Shown here piece after piece: positions 10,120 through 25,577 of a stretch of 33,627 bases of DNA. The DNA lies in assembly GCA_964016885.1 (NCBI GenBank), contig CAXHJY010001575.1, forward strand, positions 1-33,627, written 5' to 3'. The notes below the pieces were generated by a model. The model was not told the DNA's origin and did not search any database. It was given only the letters and a program-made list of their open reading frames with translations. The translations under genes and the position numbers were made by a program. The DNA is from Eledone cirrhosa. Its lineage: Eukaryota. The first letter of the stretch is position 1; every line of letters starts with the position of its first letter.

Positions 10120-11950
10120 TAGACACCATTACTGCAAACCGCAAACATACTTGTAAACCATTCCTTGGAAATCTCAACTGAAAGACATTACTATAACGTC
10201 TTTTAGGAAGCCGTTCCTGTAAAACCACATCTGTAAATGATTGCTCCAAACCATAATCCTACGCCATGTTTGCACCCCCCCCCCCCCCAAAAAAAATCAA
10301 AATCAAAGACAAAAACCAAATTAGTTTGTCATGTCACCCGCACAGAATAATTCTTTACTCTAAAATATTTTAACAAACGATCCTTGTAAACTGGAAACAG
10401 AAGTGAAGTTTGAAAACCGCAATAGCAAGTCATTACTGGAGCACATACCAGTTTATGGTGCTGGTAAAACCACAGCATAAAAAAAGACGAGCCGTGGAAG
10501 ATATAACAAAATAGAAAGAACAGAGGCAATCGTCAGATCGGACCGAGGAAACAATGTTTCCATTGATTTTCTCATTGCTGATGTTATCTGTCAGTATACA
10601 CTCCTAGCAGGAGAAAGGAAAGGAGCCGGTCATCAAATCGGACCAGGGAAACAATGTTTCCATTTGTCTTCCCATTGTTGATATTATCTGTCAGTCTTCC
10701 TGGCAGAACATAATATTAAACCATTCCTGGAAACCACAAGGAGCACAAGCCGAATTCACAAACCACACTGGTTAGTAAACCATTCCTGGAAACCACAAGA
10801 GTAAAAGTCATTACTGAGAATCACCCTAGAACACCATTTCAGTCTACCATCCTTGAAAACCACAAAATAAAAATAAATAAAAATAAAATAAAAATAAGAA
10901 GTAAAAATAAGAAGTAAAAATAGGAAATGAAAATCCTAACAGGAAGTCATTCGTGAAAGATGTAATAATTAGAAAGGAAAGAGTCCTTCATCAGATCAAA
11001 CTAAGGAAATAATGTTTCTATTCATCTTCCCATTGTTGATGTTATGTCAGACATAATTCCTGGCAGAATATAATGAAAAAATATTTTTGGAAACCACAAG
11101 AAACACAGGCCAACTCCGTCAACTACACTGGCTAGTAACCATTCCTAGAAACCACAAGGAACCCCATCAACTACAATGGTTAGTAACCATTCCTGGAAAC
11201 CACAAGAAACAAAGGCCTACCTCATCAACTACAATGGTTAGTAACCATTCCCGGAAACCACAAGAGTAAAAATCAAACCCACCAACTACACTGCTTAGTA
11301 ACCATTCCTGGAAACCACAAGAGTAAAAACCAAACCCACCAACCACACTGCTTAGTAACCATTCCTGGAAACCACAAGAAACACAGGCCAACCTTATAAA
11401 CCACACTGCTTAGTAGCCATTCCTGGAAACCACAAGAACACAGGCCAACCTTATAAACCACACTGCTTAGTAACCATTCCTGGAAACCACAAGAAACACA
11501 GGCCAACCTCATCAACTACACTGGTTAGTAGCCATTCCTGGAAACCACAAGAGTAAAAACCAAACCCACCAACTATACTGCTTAGTAACCATTCCTGGAA
11601 ACCACAAGAAACACAGGCCAACCCTATAAACCACACTGCTTAGTAAACATTCCTGGAAACCACAAGAAACACAAGCCAACCTTATAAACCACATAGGTTA
11701 GTAAAGTATTGTTGCAGCTTTAAATTTTCCCATATTTTCTTCTTTTTTGCGGTTTACAAGGATGGTAGTTTGTGATGATTTTGAGAGTAATTCACAGTAA
11801 TGGCTTTCACTCTTGTGGATTTCAGGAACGGTTTACTAAATATATCCCTTCCTGGAAACCACAACAGACAAAGCTATTATTGTCAAACACTTGAGAAACC
11901 ATTTCTGTAAATCACAACAACCCGCCACCATTGAAAACTCCATTAAATCA
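10120..11950. mobile_element. Composite repeat element with an internal 58-bp minisatellite, ~95-bp subrepeats and an inverted ~97-bp segment
   Basis: ACCATTCCTGGAAACCACAAG-type units throughout. 10772-10868 is inverted at 11742-11839. A second copy lies at 23870-25261. Confidence 0.6.
11090..11703 (+). repeat. 58/59-bp minisatellite array with interleaved unit variants
   Basis: Unit ACCATTCCTGGAAACCACAAGAAACACAGGCCAACCTCATCAACCACACTGCTTAGTA, with a variant carrying GAGTAAAAACCAAACCCACC. Confidence 0.95.
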
Positions 11951-11959
11951 AAAGAACAG

Positions 11960-12282
11960 CGTGTGTGTGTGTGTGTGTGTGCGCGCGTTTGTATGTATGA
12001 GTGCGTGCACGTGTGCGTGCGTATATGCATATACCTGTGTGCGTGTGTATGTATTTATGCTTATGTGTTTGCGTGCATGTGCGCGTGATTGTATGTGTTA
12101 TGTGTGCGTGTATATATGTATTCATGCATGTATATGTATGTGTGTACGTGTGTGCGTGTGTATGTATTTATGCTTATGTGTTTGCGTGTTTGCATGCATG
12201 TGCGCGTGTATGTATGTGTATTAATGCGAGTATATGTATGTGTGTATGTGTGTACATGGATGTGCGTTCATGTGTTTGTATG
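11960..12282. repeat. Degenerate (TG)n microsatellite
   Basis: Direct reading. Confidence 0.9.
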
Positions 12283-12414
12283 AGTTACAAATGTCGATGT
12301 TATTTAAACCTAGATCAGACATGGTCTAGTTGTAATATGATTGAGGCATTCCAGCCGTGACAGTCCCGACAAGTCTTCGATTCTCTTCTTTCTATAATTC
12401 TTTTTAAAATGGTT

Positions 12415-12540
12415 CAGTGTGGAGTTGTTAAAATGTCAGAAATCTTTGAGGTATTCCTTCCGGCTTTCAGATCGAAGTTCAAATCCCGCCGATGCCAACT
12501 TTGACTTTCGTCCTTTTGAGGTCGATAAATAAGTATCACT
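12415..12540 (+). mobile_element. Diverged family A SINE
   Basis: GTTCAAATCCCGCCGATGCCAACTTTGACTTTCGTCCTTTTGAGGTCGATAAATAAGTA matches the family A body. Confidence 0.75.
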
Positions 12541-12633
12541 CGGTTCTTTCTATAACTTTCTCACGCCCCCCCCCCCCCCTCTTTCTCCTTCTCTCTCTCT
12601 GTATCTCCTCTTCTCAGGAAGAAATTGGCTGTG

Positions 12634-12635
<2 letters not shown>

Positions 12636-12709
<74 letters not shown>

Positions 12710-12806
12710 CCTGTATGTACGTATATATATATATATCTTGTTACATATGTGCTTATATATACATATGTATATATATATAAACACACACATATATATAATA
12801 TATACA

Positions 12807-12872
<66 letters not shown>

Positions 12873-13105
12873 CATATATATATATATAAATATATATATA
12901 TTTATATATATGTGCGTATATATATATATGTGTGTGTGTATATTTATATATATATGGGTTTGTGTGTATGTATGTACCACTTTGCTGCCAATATCACTGT
13001 ATACATCTACCACCAATTCGTATCCAATATTCTACGGTGTCGCTACCTGGGTGGTCTGTCTTACTAATTGCCTTTGTCTCTCAAACAACGGCTAGGTTTC
13101 CAATA

Positions 13106-13138
<33 letters not shown>

Positions 13139-13331
13139 GACATACATATATAAAGACATACATACATATAGATATACACACACATACATACATATATATA
13201 TAGACCCATATACATACACATAGACCACATACATACAGACATACTTATATATGTGTGTATAATTGCATGTATACTTGTGTATGTGTCTATACATATAAAC
13301 AGCCCTGGAAATCCCACTCACACACATATAG

Positions 13332-13369
<38 letters not shown>

Positions 13370-13390
13370 CTCTGTGTGTGGGTGCCGCTG

Positions 13391-13427
<37 letters not shown>

Positions 13428-13486
13428 CTGTGTGTGTGTGTGAGTTTGTGCCTCTGTGTGTGTGTGTGTGCCTGCCTCTGTGTGTG
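12636..13486. repeat. (CA)n/(TA)n/(TG)n microsatellite block
   Basis: Direct reading, with a small unique island at 12975-13105. Confidence 0.9.
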
Positions 13487-13793
13487 AGCTTCCCTGTCGC
13501 CGTTTTAAGTACTTTTAACAGGCTTCGATGGTGGCATACAACTTGCTAATTACGAAATGTGATATTTACTTAATTAAGAAGGTAATTAAAATTAAGCTTT
13601 CCACTGGTTTAGCTGGCTATGGGAGCCCCTCTGTGTCAATAGCTGGGTTTGCTAGAAAAAAAAAACAGAAAGAAAAGGGCCCTTAACTCTTAATGCAGTC
13701 GTAGCGACGCTGTCCAAACATATTTCGTGAGTTTCTTGGTCATTTTGAACCTAGCGCAACCCTTCCCTGGTCGGAACACAGCTGATTTCTTCC

Positions 13794-13945
13794 AGAGAGA
13801 GAGAAAGAGAGAAAGAGAGAAAGAGAGAATGAGAGAGTGAGTGAAAGAGAAAGAAATGCAGGGAGGTTGAGAGAGAGAGAAAGAAATGGAGGGAGGTTGA
13901 GAGAGAGAGAGAAATGGGGGGAGGTTAAGAGAGAGGGGAAGTGAT

Positions 13946-13980
<35 letters not shown>

Positions 13981-13988
13981 AAGAAAGA
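13794..13988. repeat. (GA)n purine-rich repeat
   Basis: Direct reading. Confidence 0.9.
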
Positions 13989-13989
13989 A

Positions 13990-14357
13990 CCTCAGTACAT
14001 AACAGATATTTTATTTAACGTCACTGACCTCGAAAGGTCTCGCGTGGGGATCTAGACGGATCAGCTGGAGACGGTTGCTTCTGACAGGACCCACTTGAAG
14101 GAGTGTTTGAGGACTCTGCTGCCCCCATGGCCCTTCTAGGAATAAGCGGGCAAGAAAGAAGAAGAAGGCGAAGAAAAAGAAAAAGAAAAAAGAAAAAAGA
14201 AAAAAGAAAAAAGAAAAAAGAAAAAAGAAAAAGAAGAAAAAGAAGACCTCAAAAGGATGAAAGGTAAAGTTGACCTCGGTGGGATTTGAACTCAGTAATC
14301 TGGAATAAATACCGAGGAATTTTAACCCATTGGTCTAATGACTCAATTCACCGCCGT
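13990..14357 (-). mobile_element. Family A SINE split by a LINE-fragment insertion
   Basis: Removing the insert and one TSD copy (14038-14256) restores ...GACCTCGAAAGGATGAAAGGTAAAGTTGACCTCGGTGGGATTTGAAC. Minus-strand B-box at ~14282-14291. Confidence 0.75.
14038..14244 (+). mobile_element. 5'-truncated RTE-clade (Rex3/Expander-like) LINE 3' end with GAA/A-rich tail and 12-bp TSD
   Basis: Translates SRVGI*TDQLETVASDRTHLKECLRTLLPPWPF*, resembling the RTE C-terminus (LGI..EEL..VA.DR..W..LL.LLPPRP). TSD GACCTCGAAAGG (14026-14037) / GACCTCAAAAGG (14245-14256). Confidence 0.7.
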
Positions 14358-14520
14358 CAGTAAAACAAATAAAGGAACAAAGAACGAGTCCATAGCATTT
14401 ATATAGGTCCTGAGCCCCCCATCTACGAAACGTCCGTAACTATGTATAATCAATAAAGAACTTAATGTGAAACCTCGTTTTGTTCTTAATACACACACAC
14501 ACACATATATGCACATATAC

Positions 14521-14567
<47 letters not shown>

Positions 14568-14610
14568 ATTAAATAAATGGAAAACTATATTTATAAAACT
14601 GTTTATATTG

Positions 14611-14676
14611 TATTTTGTCTGATGAAGGCATAGCATATTGTTAATATGATATCCCCGAAATATATATAATGAATTA
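14611..14676 (+). ncRNA. Minimal type-I hammerhead ribozyme (family 1) at the tip of a long hairpin
   Basis: TATTTTGT-CTGATGA-AGGCATAGCATATT(GTT)AATATGATATCCCC-GAAA-TATATA-TA-ATGAATTA. Closed by a perfect 38-bp helix (14562-14599/14683-14720). Predicted cleavage after 14668. Confidence 0.75.
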
Positions 14677-14804
14677 AATATGGTTTTATAAATATAGTTT
14701 TCCATTTATTTAATATTGTAAATATACTCCAAATATTTGTCGAGTGCTTTTATATCAGTTATAAATATTTACTAGTTGTAACCCAACAATTTTAAATATA
14801 ACTT

Positions 14805-14841
<37 letters not shown>

Positions 14842-14939
14842 GAGAGAGAGATGAGATTATATATATCGACTTTCGTCAAATCGGACCGAGGAAACAATGT
14901 TTTCATTGGTCTTTCCAATTGCTAATACTATCTATTGGT

Positions 14940-15060
14940 TGCAACTCCAGATAGAAGGAGCAACGTGAAATAAAGTGTCTTGCTCAAGGACATAACGCAT
15001 CATCCGGTCCAGGAATCGAACTCACAACCTCACGATTGCAAATTCAATTCTCTAACCACT
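14940..15060 (-). mobile_element. tRNA-derived SINE, family B (5' part)
   Basis: Minus-strand B-box GTTCGATTCC (15012-15021). CCTTGAGCAAGACACTTTATTTCACGTTGCTCC is homologous to ~29125-29157. Confidence 0.85.
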
Positions 15061-15144
15061 CATATGTGTGTTTCCCGGCTTCAAACGGGGGTAACCACAG
15101 GAAGTAAGGTACTCAATACATAGCAGAGTATAAATATTTAATAC

Positions 15145-15236
15145 AGAAATGGCTTCTACAGGATTAGAACTGTTTCATTCGAAGGGCTTTCCTGATGATT
15201 TCCTTCGAATGAAACAGTTCTAGTCCTGTAGAAGCC

Positions 15237-15242
<6 letters not shown>
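15145..15242. repeat. 41-bp arm fold-back with CTGATGA in the 16-nt spacer
   Basis: 15145-15185 pairs with 15202-15242 with one mismatch. Confidence 0.95.
15185..15236 (+). ncRNA. Type-I hammerhead ribozyme motif (family 4)
   Basis: GGCTTTC-CTGATGA-T TTC(CTTC)GAA T-GAAA-CAG(TTCTAGTC)CTG-TA-GAAGCC. Helix III ACAG/CUGU, GUA site after 15230, stem I 6 bp with one bulge. The first pair of helix II is U/U. Confidence 0.75.
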
Positions 15243-15304
<62 letters not shown>

Positions 15305-15454
15305 GAGAAGCGGGAGTTATGGTATCTCTGACATGGTAAATCAGGATTTTCAGAAATGTCGCGAGGTGAAAGGGAGACGGTGCAATGTTAGAAATCGAAA
15401 CCGGGTCAAACATGTTACTGGGTACATGTGTGTGTGTATGTATGTATGTAAGTG

Positions 15455-15508
<54 letters not shown>

Positions 15509-15547
15509 ATAGTGTGGTGGAGATTTAGTGTGCTGCATTTGGATCTG

Positions 15548-15905
15548 GGTGTGGTGTCGTAGCGTGTGGAAGGGGGTGGTGTGGTGTTGTGTATGTGTGG
15601 AAGGGGTGGTGTGGTGTTGTGTATGTGTGGAGGTGGTGGTGTGGTGTCGTAGCGTGTGGAAGGGGGTGGTGTGGTGTTGTGTATGTGTGGAAGGGGTGGT
15701 GTGGTGTTGTGTATGTGTGGAGGTGGTGGTGTGGTGTTGTAGTGTGTGGAAGGGGTGGTGTGGTGTTGTAGTGTGTGGAAGGGGTGGTGTGGTGTTGTGT
15801 ATGTGTGGAGGTGGTGGTGTGGTGTTGTAGTGTGTGGAAGGGGTGGTGTGGTGTCGTAGCGTGTGGAAGGGGTGGTGTGGTGTTGTAGTGTGTGGAGGTG
15901 GTGTG
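15548..15905. repeat. ~30-bp GT-rich minisatellite GTGTGGAAGGGGTGGTGTGGTGTTGT(GTAT/AGT)
   Basis: About 11 tandem units by direct reading. Confidence 0.9.
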
Positions 15906-15959
15906 GAATGGCGTGGCGTAGTGTAGTCTGGAATGGCGTGGTGTTGTGTACTGTTGAAT

Positions 15960-17218
15960 GGTGTGTGGTGTTGTGTAGTGTACTGTGGAATGGTGTGGTG
16001 TTGTGTAGTGTAGTTTAGTGTGGTGTGGTGTTGTGTAGTGTAGTTTAGTGTGGTGTAGTGTAGTTTAGTGTGGTGTTGTGTTGTGTAGTGTAGTGTGGTG
16101 TGGTGTTGTGTAGTTTAGTGTGGTGTGGTGTTGTGTAGTGTAGTTTAGTGTAGTGTGGTGTTGTGTAGTGTAGTTTAGTGTAGTGTGGTGTTGTGTAGTG
16201 TAGTTTAGTGTGGTGTGGTGTTGTGTAGTGTAGTTTAGTGTGGTGTGGTGTTGTGTAGTGTAGTTTAGTGTGGTGTGGTGTTGTGTAGTGTAGTGTAGTT
16301 TAGTGTGGTGTTGTGTAGTGTAGTTTAGTGTGGTGTGGTGTTGTGTAGTGTAGTTTAGTGTAGTGTGGTGTTGTGTAGGGTAGTTTAGTGTGGTGTGGTG
16401 TTGTGTAGTGTAGTTTAGTATAGTGTGGTGTTGTTTAGTGTAGTTTAGTGTGGTGTTGTGTAGTGTAGTTTAGTGTAGTGTGGTGTTGTTTAGTGTAGTT
16501 TAGTGTGGTGTGGTGATGTGTAGTGTAGTTTAGTGTGGGGTGGTGTTGTGTAGTGTAGTTTAGTGTGGTGTGGTGTTGTGTAGTGTAGTTTAGTGTAGTG
16601 TGGTGTTGTGTAGTGTAGTTTAGTGTGGTGTGGTGTTGTGTAGTGTAGTGTAGTGTGGTGTGGTGTTGTGTAGTGTAGTTTAGTGTAGTGTGGTGTTGTG
16701 TAGTGTAGTTTAGTGTGGTGTGGTGTTGTGTAGTGTAGTTTAGTATAGTGTGGTATTGTTTAGTGTAGTTTAGTGTGGTGTTGTGTAGTGTAGTTTAGTG
16801 TAGTGTGGTGTTGTTTAGTGTAGTTTAGTGTGGTGTGGTGATGTGTAGTGTAGTTTAGTGTAGTGTGGTGTTGTTTAGTGTAGTTTAGTGTGGTGTGGTG
16901 TTGTGTAGTGTAGTTTAGTGTGGTGTGGTGTTGTGTAGTGTAGTTTAGTGTGGTGTGGTGTTGTGTAGTTTAGTGTAGTGTGGTGTTGTTTAGTGTAGTT
17001 TAGTGTAGTGTGGTGTTGTGTAGTGTGGTGTTGTGTAGTGTAGTTTAGTGTAGTGTGGTGTTGTTTAGTGTAGTTTAGTGTAGTGTGGTGTTGTGTAGTG
17101 TGGTGTTGTGTAGTGTAGTTTAGTGTAGTGTGGTGTTGTGTAGTGTGGTGTTGTGTAGTGTAGTTTAGTGTAGTGTGGTGTTGTTTAGTGTAGTTTAGTG
17201 TGGTGTGGTGTTGTGGTG
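15960..17218. repeat. Pentamer-based satellite with a 30-bp higher-order unit (GTGGT GTTGT GTAGT GTAGT TTAGT GTRGT)
   Basis: Direct reading. Confidence 0.95.
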
Positions 17219-17269
17219 TTAATTGAAGTGTTGTGTAGTTATAGTTGGTTAATGATTATGATTATTGTA

Positions 17270-17515
17270 ATTGTGATAGTAGTAGTGGTGGTGGTGATAG
17301 TAGTTTTGGTTGTAGTAGTAGTAACAGCAACAGTAGTAGTAGTAGTGGTGGTGGTGATAGTAGTTTTGGTTGTAGTAGTAGTAACAGCAACAGTAGTAAT
17401 AGTAGTGGTGGTGGTGATAGTAGTTTTGGTTGTAGTAGTAGTAACAGCAACAGTAGTAGTAGTAACAGCAGTAGTAATATCATCAGTGGTAGTAGTAGTA
17501 GTAGTATCAGCAGTG

Positions 17516-17572
<57 letters not shown>

Positions 17573-17699
17573 TCAGCAGTGGTAGTAGTAGAAGCAACAG
17601 CAGTAGTAATAGTAGTAGCAGCAGAGCAGTAGTAGCAGTAGCACTAGTAGTAATAGTAATAGTAGTAGTAGCATCAGCATCAACATCAGCAGTAGTAGT

Positions 17700-17731
<32 letters not shown>

Positions 17732-17788
17732 TAGTAATAGTAATAGTAGTAGTAGTAGTAATAGTAGTAATAGTAGTAGTAGTGGTAA
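17270..17788. repeat. (AGT/AGC)n repeat including three near-perfect 60-bp units at 17281-17460
   Basis: Consecutive 60-nt blocks are near identical. Confidence 0.95.
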
Positions 17789-18669
17789 CAATTCTGTCAG
17801 ACCGGAAATTCTGCCAACCTAGTTTCGATCGAGTGTTTTCTTTCTTGACAATCTGCCTTCGGTGTCATTCGGTGCTTTCTTCTCCTCCCCTTCTCCTCTT
17901 TCTACCTCGTCTTCTTCTTCGCCTTCTCTTCCTCTTCTTCTCCCTTTTATTCTTCACCTTCTTCCTTCTCCTCCTTCTTCTTACCAGTCTTCTCTTTGTC
18001 TGTCTGTCTCTCCCTCTCTCTCTCTATATATATTGTTTGCTTTTTATTGTCCCCCCCTATTTCCCCCCTCGTCCCCCACTCTCAGCCTTTTCTGTCCTCA
18101 ATATCTCCCTCCATATCTCCCTCCTTGATTCTCTCACAAACTCCCCCTCACTTTCTTACATTCTCTACCTCCCACCACCACCAACACCACGATCACTACT
18201 ACCACTATAACTACCAACACCACCACCACCACCACTATACCACCAACACCATCAGCATCAACACTATCGTCATCAACTGTGGTACAGTTACCACCACCAT
18301 CATCATCATCAACAACACTATCGTCAACAACTGTGGTACTGTTACCATCAGCTTCACCACCACCATCATTACCACTACCGTCCCCACCCTGTTGCTCCCT
18401 CCCCTCCTCTCCAACCCTTTCAGGAATGCCCTCTTATCTCACACCCTACTATTTACAACTGCTACTCCCACTTACATGACAACACCGCACCTCATCACCC
18501 CGTCCTCGGTTCACATACCTCATTCTCCAAGTTGAATCACAATAGCCAACCTTAGTACGAAGTCAACACTAGCTATGTAATACCGACTCCTTTGGGGCTT
18601 CTTTATTACCAATCGACTTTTTGTTGTTGTTTTTAACACAAATTTAGAATTTTGAGGGACAGTTTACCA

Positions 18670-18853
18670 TTGGCAGTATCGGTAGAGGGTCGGACGCCAT
18701 GCTTTGCAGCCAAGAGTTACAGCTCTTTATGGTCTGAGTTCAAATCCCGCCGAGGTTAACTTTGCCATTCATCCTTACTAGGATCGATAAAATAAAGTAC
18801 CAGTGATACACTGGGTGGTTGCTGACCTTGTGCCAAAAGTAGAAACAATTATT
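18670..18853 (+). mobile_element. tRNA-derived SINE, family A, near full length
   Basis: A-box-like TGGCAGTATCGG, B-box GTTCAAATCC (18738-18747), 3' end GTGCCAAAAGTAGAAACAATTATT. Confidence 0.9.
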
Positions 18854-18854
18854 T

Positions 18855-19350
18855 TCAGATCATTTTAAAAGTAAAGTGGAATTTGGAGGGATTTAGGTAT
18901 GTATCTAACATTCTCATTATTAAGTTGTTTTTTGGAACATAACTTAACAAAGGATCTTACATAAAATTGTAATATAAATATTTTAGATCAATATTACAAG
19001 TTTTGTAATGAAAGAGACTGCATGTGGTTTTTTTAATCATTTTGAAAATAATCAGGAATTAGGAAGCAGCTAATAATATATTTAACTTTCTCATTGTTAA
19101 GGTGATATTTGGAACATAGCTTAAAGGTTCGTAGATATTAAACTTTAACCCTTTCGTTGCCATAATTTCTAATAAAAAATCAGTTTATGATTCAGTACCA
19201 TCTCTCTCATTACTAAGTTGCGTTTGAAACGTAACTGAACGAAGATTTCAGATAGATTTAGACACTTTAAGTCTTCCATTACCATATTTCTAATGAAATA
19301 CACTGGCCATGATTTTAATTCATTGAAAATAATTAAGAATTTGGAGGTCG
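18855..19350 (+). mobile_element. Degenerate AT-rich interspersed repeat with internal subrepeats; contains a TTAA-CCCTTT piggyBac-like end at 19145
   Basis: TTCTCATTATTAAG...TTTGGAACATA and TTGAAAATAAT..GAATT recur about three times. No matching second terminus was found. Confidence 0.4.
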
Positions 19351-19876
19351 AAACAGACTGTTCCATTTCTAGCCTTTTTTCATACATCACAAATAACCAG
19401 TTTGTTTGTTTTTCATGCAAGACCCCATTTCTCGGACAATTCAGTCGAATTTTGGTATACAGAATCGCGTGAGCTCGAGTTAGGTTTTAAGCTAAGAATT
19501 ATGGGTATTCCAGTACAAATAAACCATTTCTGCTTCCATATAACTCATTTTTCAGCTAAATTTGTCCTTGACATGGACAAAACGAAGAGACATAACTCCT
19601 CAGTATTCATTTTGGAGTTACATCCCTTGCAACAATAAACTAGGCGGCATAATATCAAACACATTAAGCACACCGTCCGCACGCGTGCGCATACACAGGC
19701 ATGCAAGAGAGACACACCAGCCGTCACATCCAAGCACACACACACACTCACAAACATGCATGCGTGTTGTGTCAAAGTAACGTTCAATTTCATAGGAACC
19801 CTTCCCAGTAAGGGATTAAAGCTGTGTGTCTGTGTATGCATGCTTGTGCATATATATAGACGTGTGTATGTGTAAG

Positions 19877-23663
<3,787 letters not shown>

Positions 23664-23701
23664 AAATACTAGGAAAGCTGGAATTAGAAATGTTGTCCCG
23701 T

Positions 23702-23742
23702 ACTCCGACAGTTGTATCAGCACACTGCTTCATCTATCAGCA
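23702..23742 (-). ncRNA. Decayed hammerhead-like motif
   Basis: Minus strand: CTGA(TAGA)TGA-AGCA(GTG)TGCT-GATA-CA(AC)TG-TC. Helices II and III are retained and both core strands are mutated. Confidence 0.4.
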
Positions 23743-23869
23743 TCCTGTTTTATATCGACTCCCGACATCATGAAAAGTCTGGAAAACGATGCTTTCAAGT
23801 TTTGCTGGGAGGCATAACCATAAAAAATCTAACCTTATCAATCACATTGTGGTTAACAGGAATGGTTAA

Positions 23870-24180
23870 TAAACAAAGAACACAGGCCGACCTTATAAAC
23901 CACACTGCTTAGTAACCATTCCTGGAAAGCGCAAGGAACACAAGCCGACCTCACCAACTATACTGCTTAGTAGCCATTGTTGGAAGCCACAAGAAACACA
24001 GGCCAACCTTATAAACCACACTGGTTAGTAAAAGCCATTACTGAGAATCACTCTAGAAAACCATTTCAACCTACCATCCTTGTAAACCACAAAAAAAGAA
24101 GTGTGTATACATATATATATATATATATATATATATGCATGGTTATATTCATAAATTGGTATGTAAGAATGTGTGTTACG

Positions 24181-24213
<33 letters not shown>

Positions 24214-25261
24214 GTATATATTTATATATATGTATATATATATATATATGTATATATAGTAATAATAATAAATTTGAAGACTAAAATCCAAAGAGGGCTC
24301 GATAAGGATAAATATATATCAGATATATAAGAACCATAGAGCAAATATACATTTATATATATGTATGTATATGTATATATATATATATAAAAGAAGTAAA
24401 AATAGGAAATGAAAATCCTAACAGGAAGTCATTCGTGAAAGATGTAATAATTAGAAAGGAAAGAGTCCTTCATCAGATCAGACTAAGGAAATAATGTTTC
24501 TATTCATCTTCCCATTGTTGATGTTATGTCAGACATAATTCCTGGCAGAATATAATGAAAAAATATTTTTGGAAACCACAAGAAACACAGGCCAACTCCG
24601 TCAACTACACTGGCTAGTAACCATTCCTAGAAACCACAAGGAACCCCATCAACTACAATGGTTAGTAACCATTCCTAGAAACCACAAGGAACCCCATCAA
24701 CCACACCGATTAGTAACCATTCCTGGAAACCACAAGAAACACAGGCCTACCTCATCAACCACACTGCTTAGTAACCATTCCTGGAAACCACAAGAAACAC
24801 AGGCCAACCTCATCAACCACACTGCTTAGTAACCATTCCTGGAAACCACAAGAAACACAGGCCAACCTCATCAACCACACTGCTTAGTAACCATTCCTGG
24901 AAACCACAAGAAACACAGGCCAACCTCATCAACCACACTGCTTAGTAACCATTCCTGGAAACCACAAGAAACACAGGCCAACCTCATCAACCACACTGCT
25001 TAGTAACCATTCCTGGAAACCACAAGAAACACAGGCCAACCTCATCAACCACACTGCTTAGTAACCATTCCTGGAAACCACAAGAAACACAGGCCAACCT
25101 CATCAACCACACTGCTTAGTAACCATTCCTGGAAACCACAAGAAATACAGGCCAACCTCATCAACCACACTGCTTAGTAACCATTCCTGGAAACCACAAG
25201 AAACACAGGCCAACCTCATCAACCACACTGCTTAGTAACCATTCCTGGAAACTACAAGAAC
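23870..25261 (+). mobile_element. Second copy of the 58-bp-minisatellite element
   Basis: 24030-24097 matches 10803-10868. 24390-24675 is nearly identical to 10908-11193. Nine homogeneous 58-bp units start at 24716. Confidence 0.85.
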
Positions 25262-25577
25262 ACCGGAAATTTATAATAATTTGTTAACTAACAGGTGCGT
25301 GTGTTTTTTTATTTGCAGCATGACCCTTCCAAAGTATAGCAATATATATATATATAGTTGAAGTTAAAACAAAGAACAAAAACAATAACGAAGAGTGTAT
25401 CCCCTGTCATTCTTATTCTATCTTTCGTTTTTCCTGTACATCGCTATTCCTATTATATTCTTACATTCTTGGATTCTCTCAAATATTCCGATATTCTATG
25501 GACCCTGTTCGTATATTACAAAACACTACGGCATAAACCACCGTGTTTAGGGTTTACATCCAGAGTTGTGTTTCTAT

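Noticed and set aside
10960-11025. Minus-strand CTGATGAAGG in the 95-bp module (also 24470, 10530)
   Set aside because: No GAAA/UH at a position that gives consistent helices I-III.
24716-25261. CRISPR-like appearance of the regular 58-bp array
   Set aside because: The units are wholly repeated with no unique spacers, there are no cas genes, and the context is eukaryotic.
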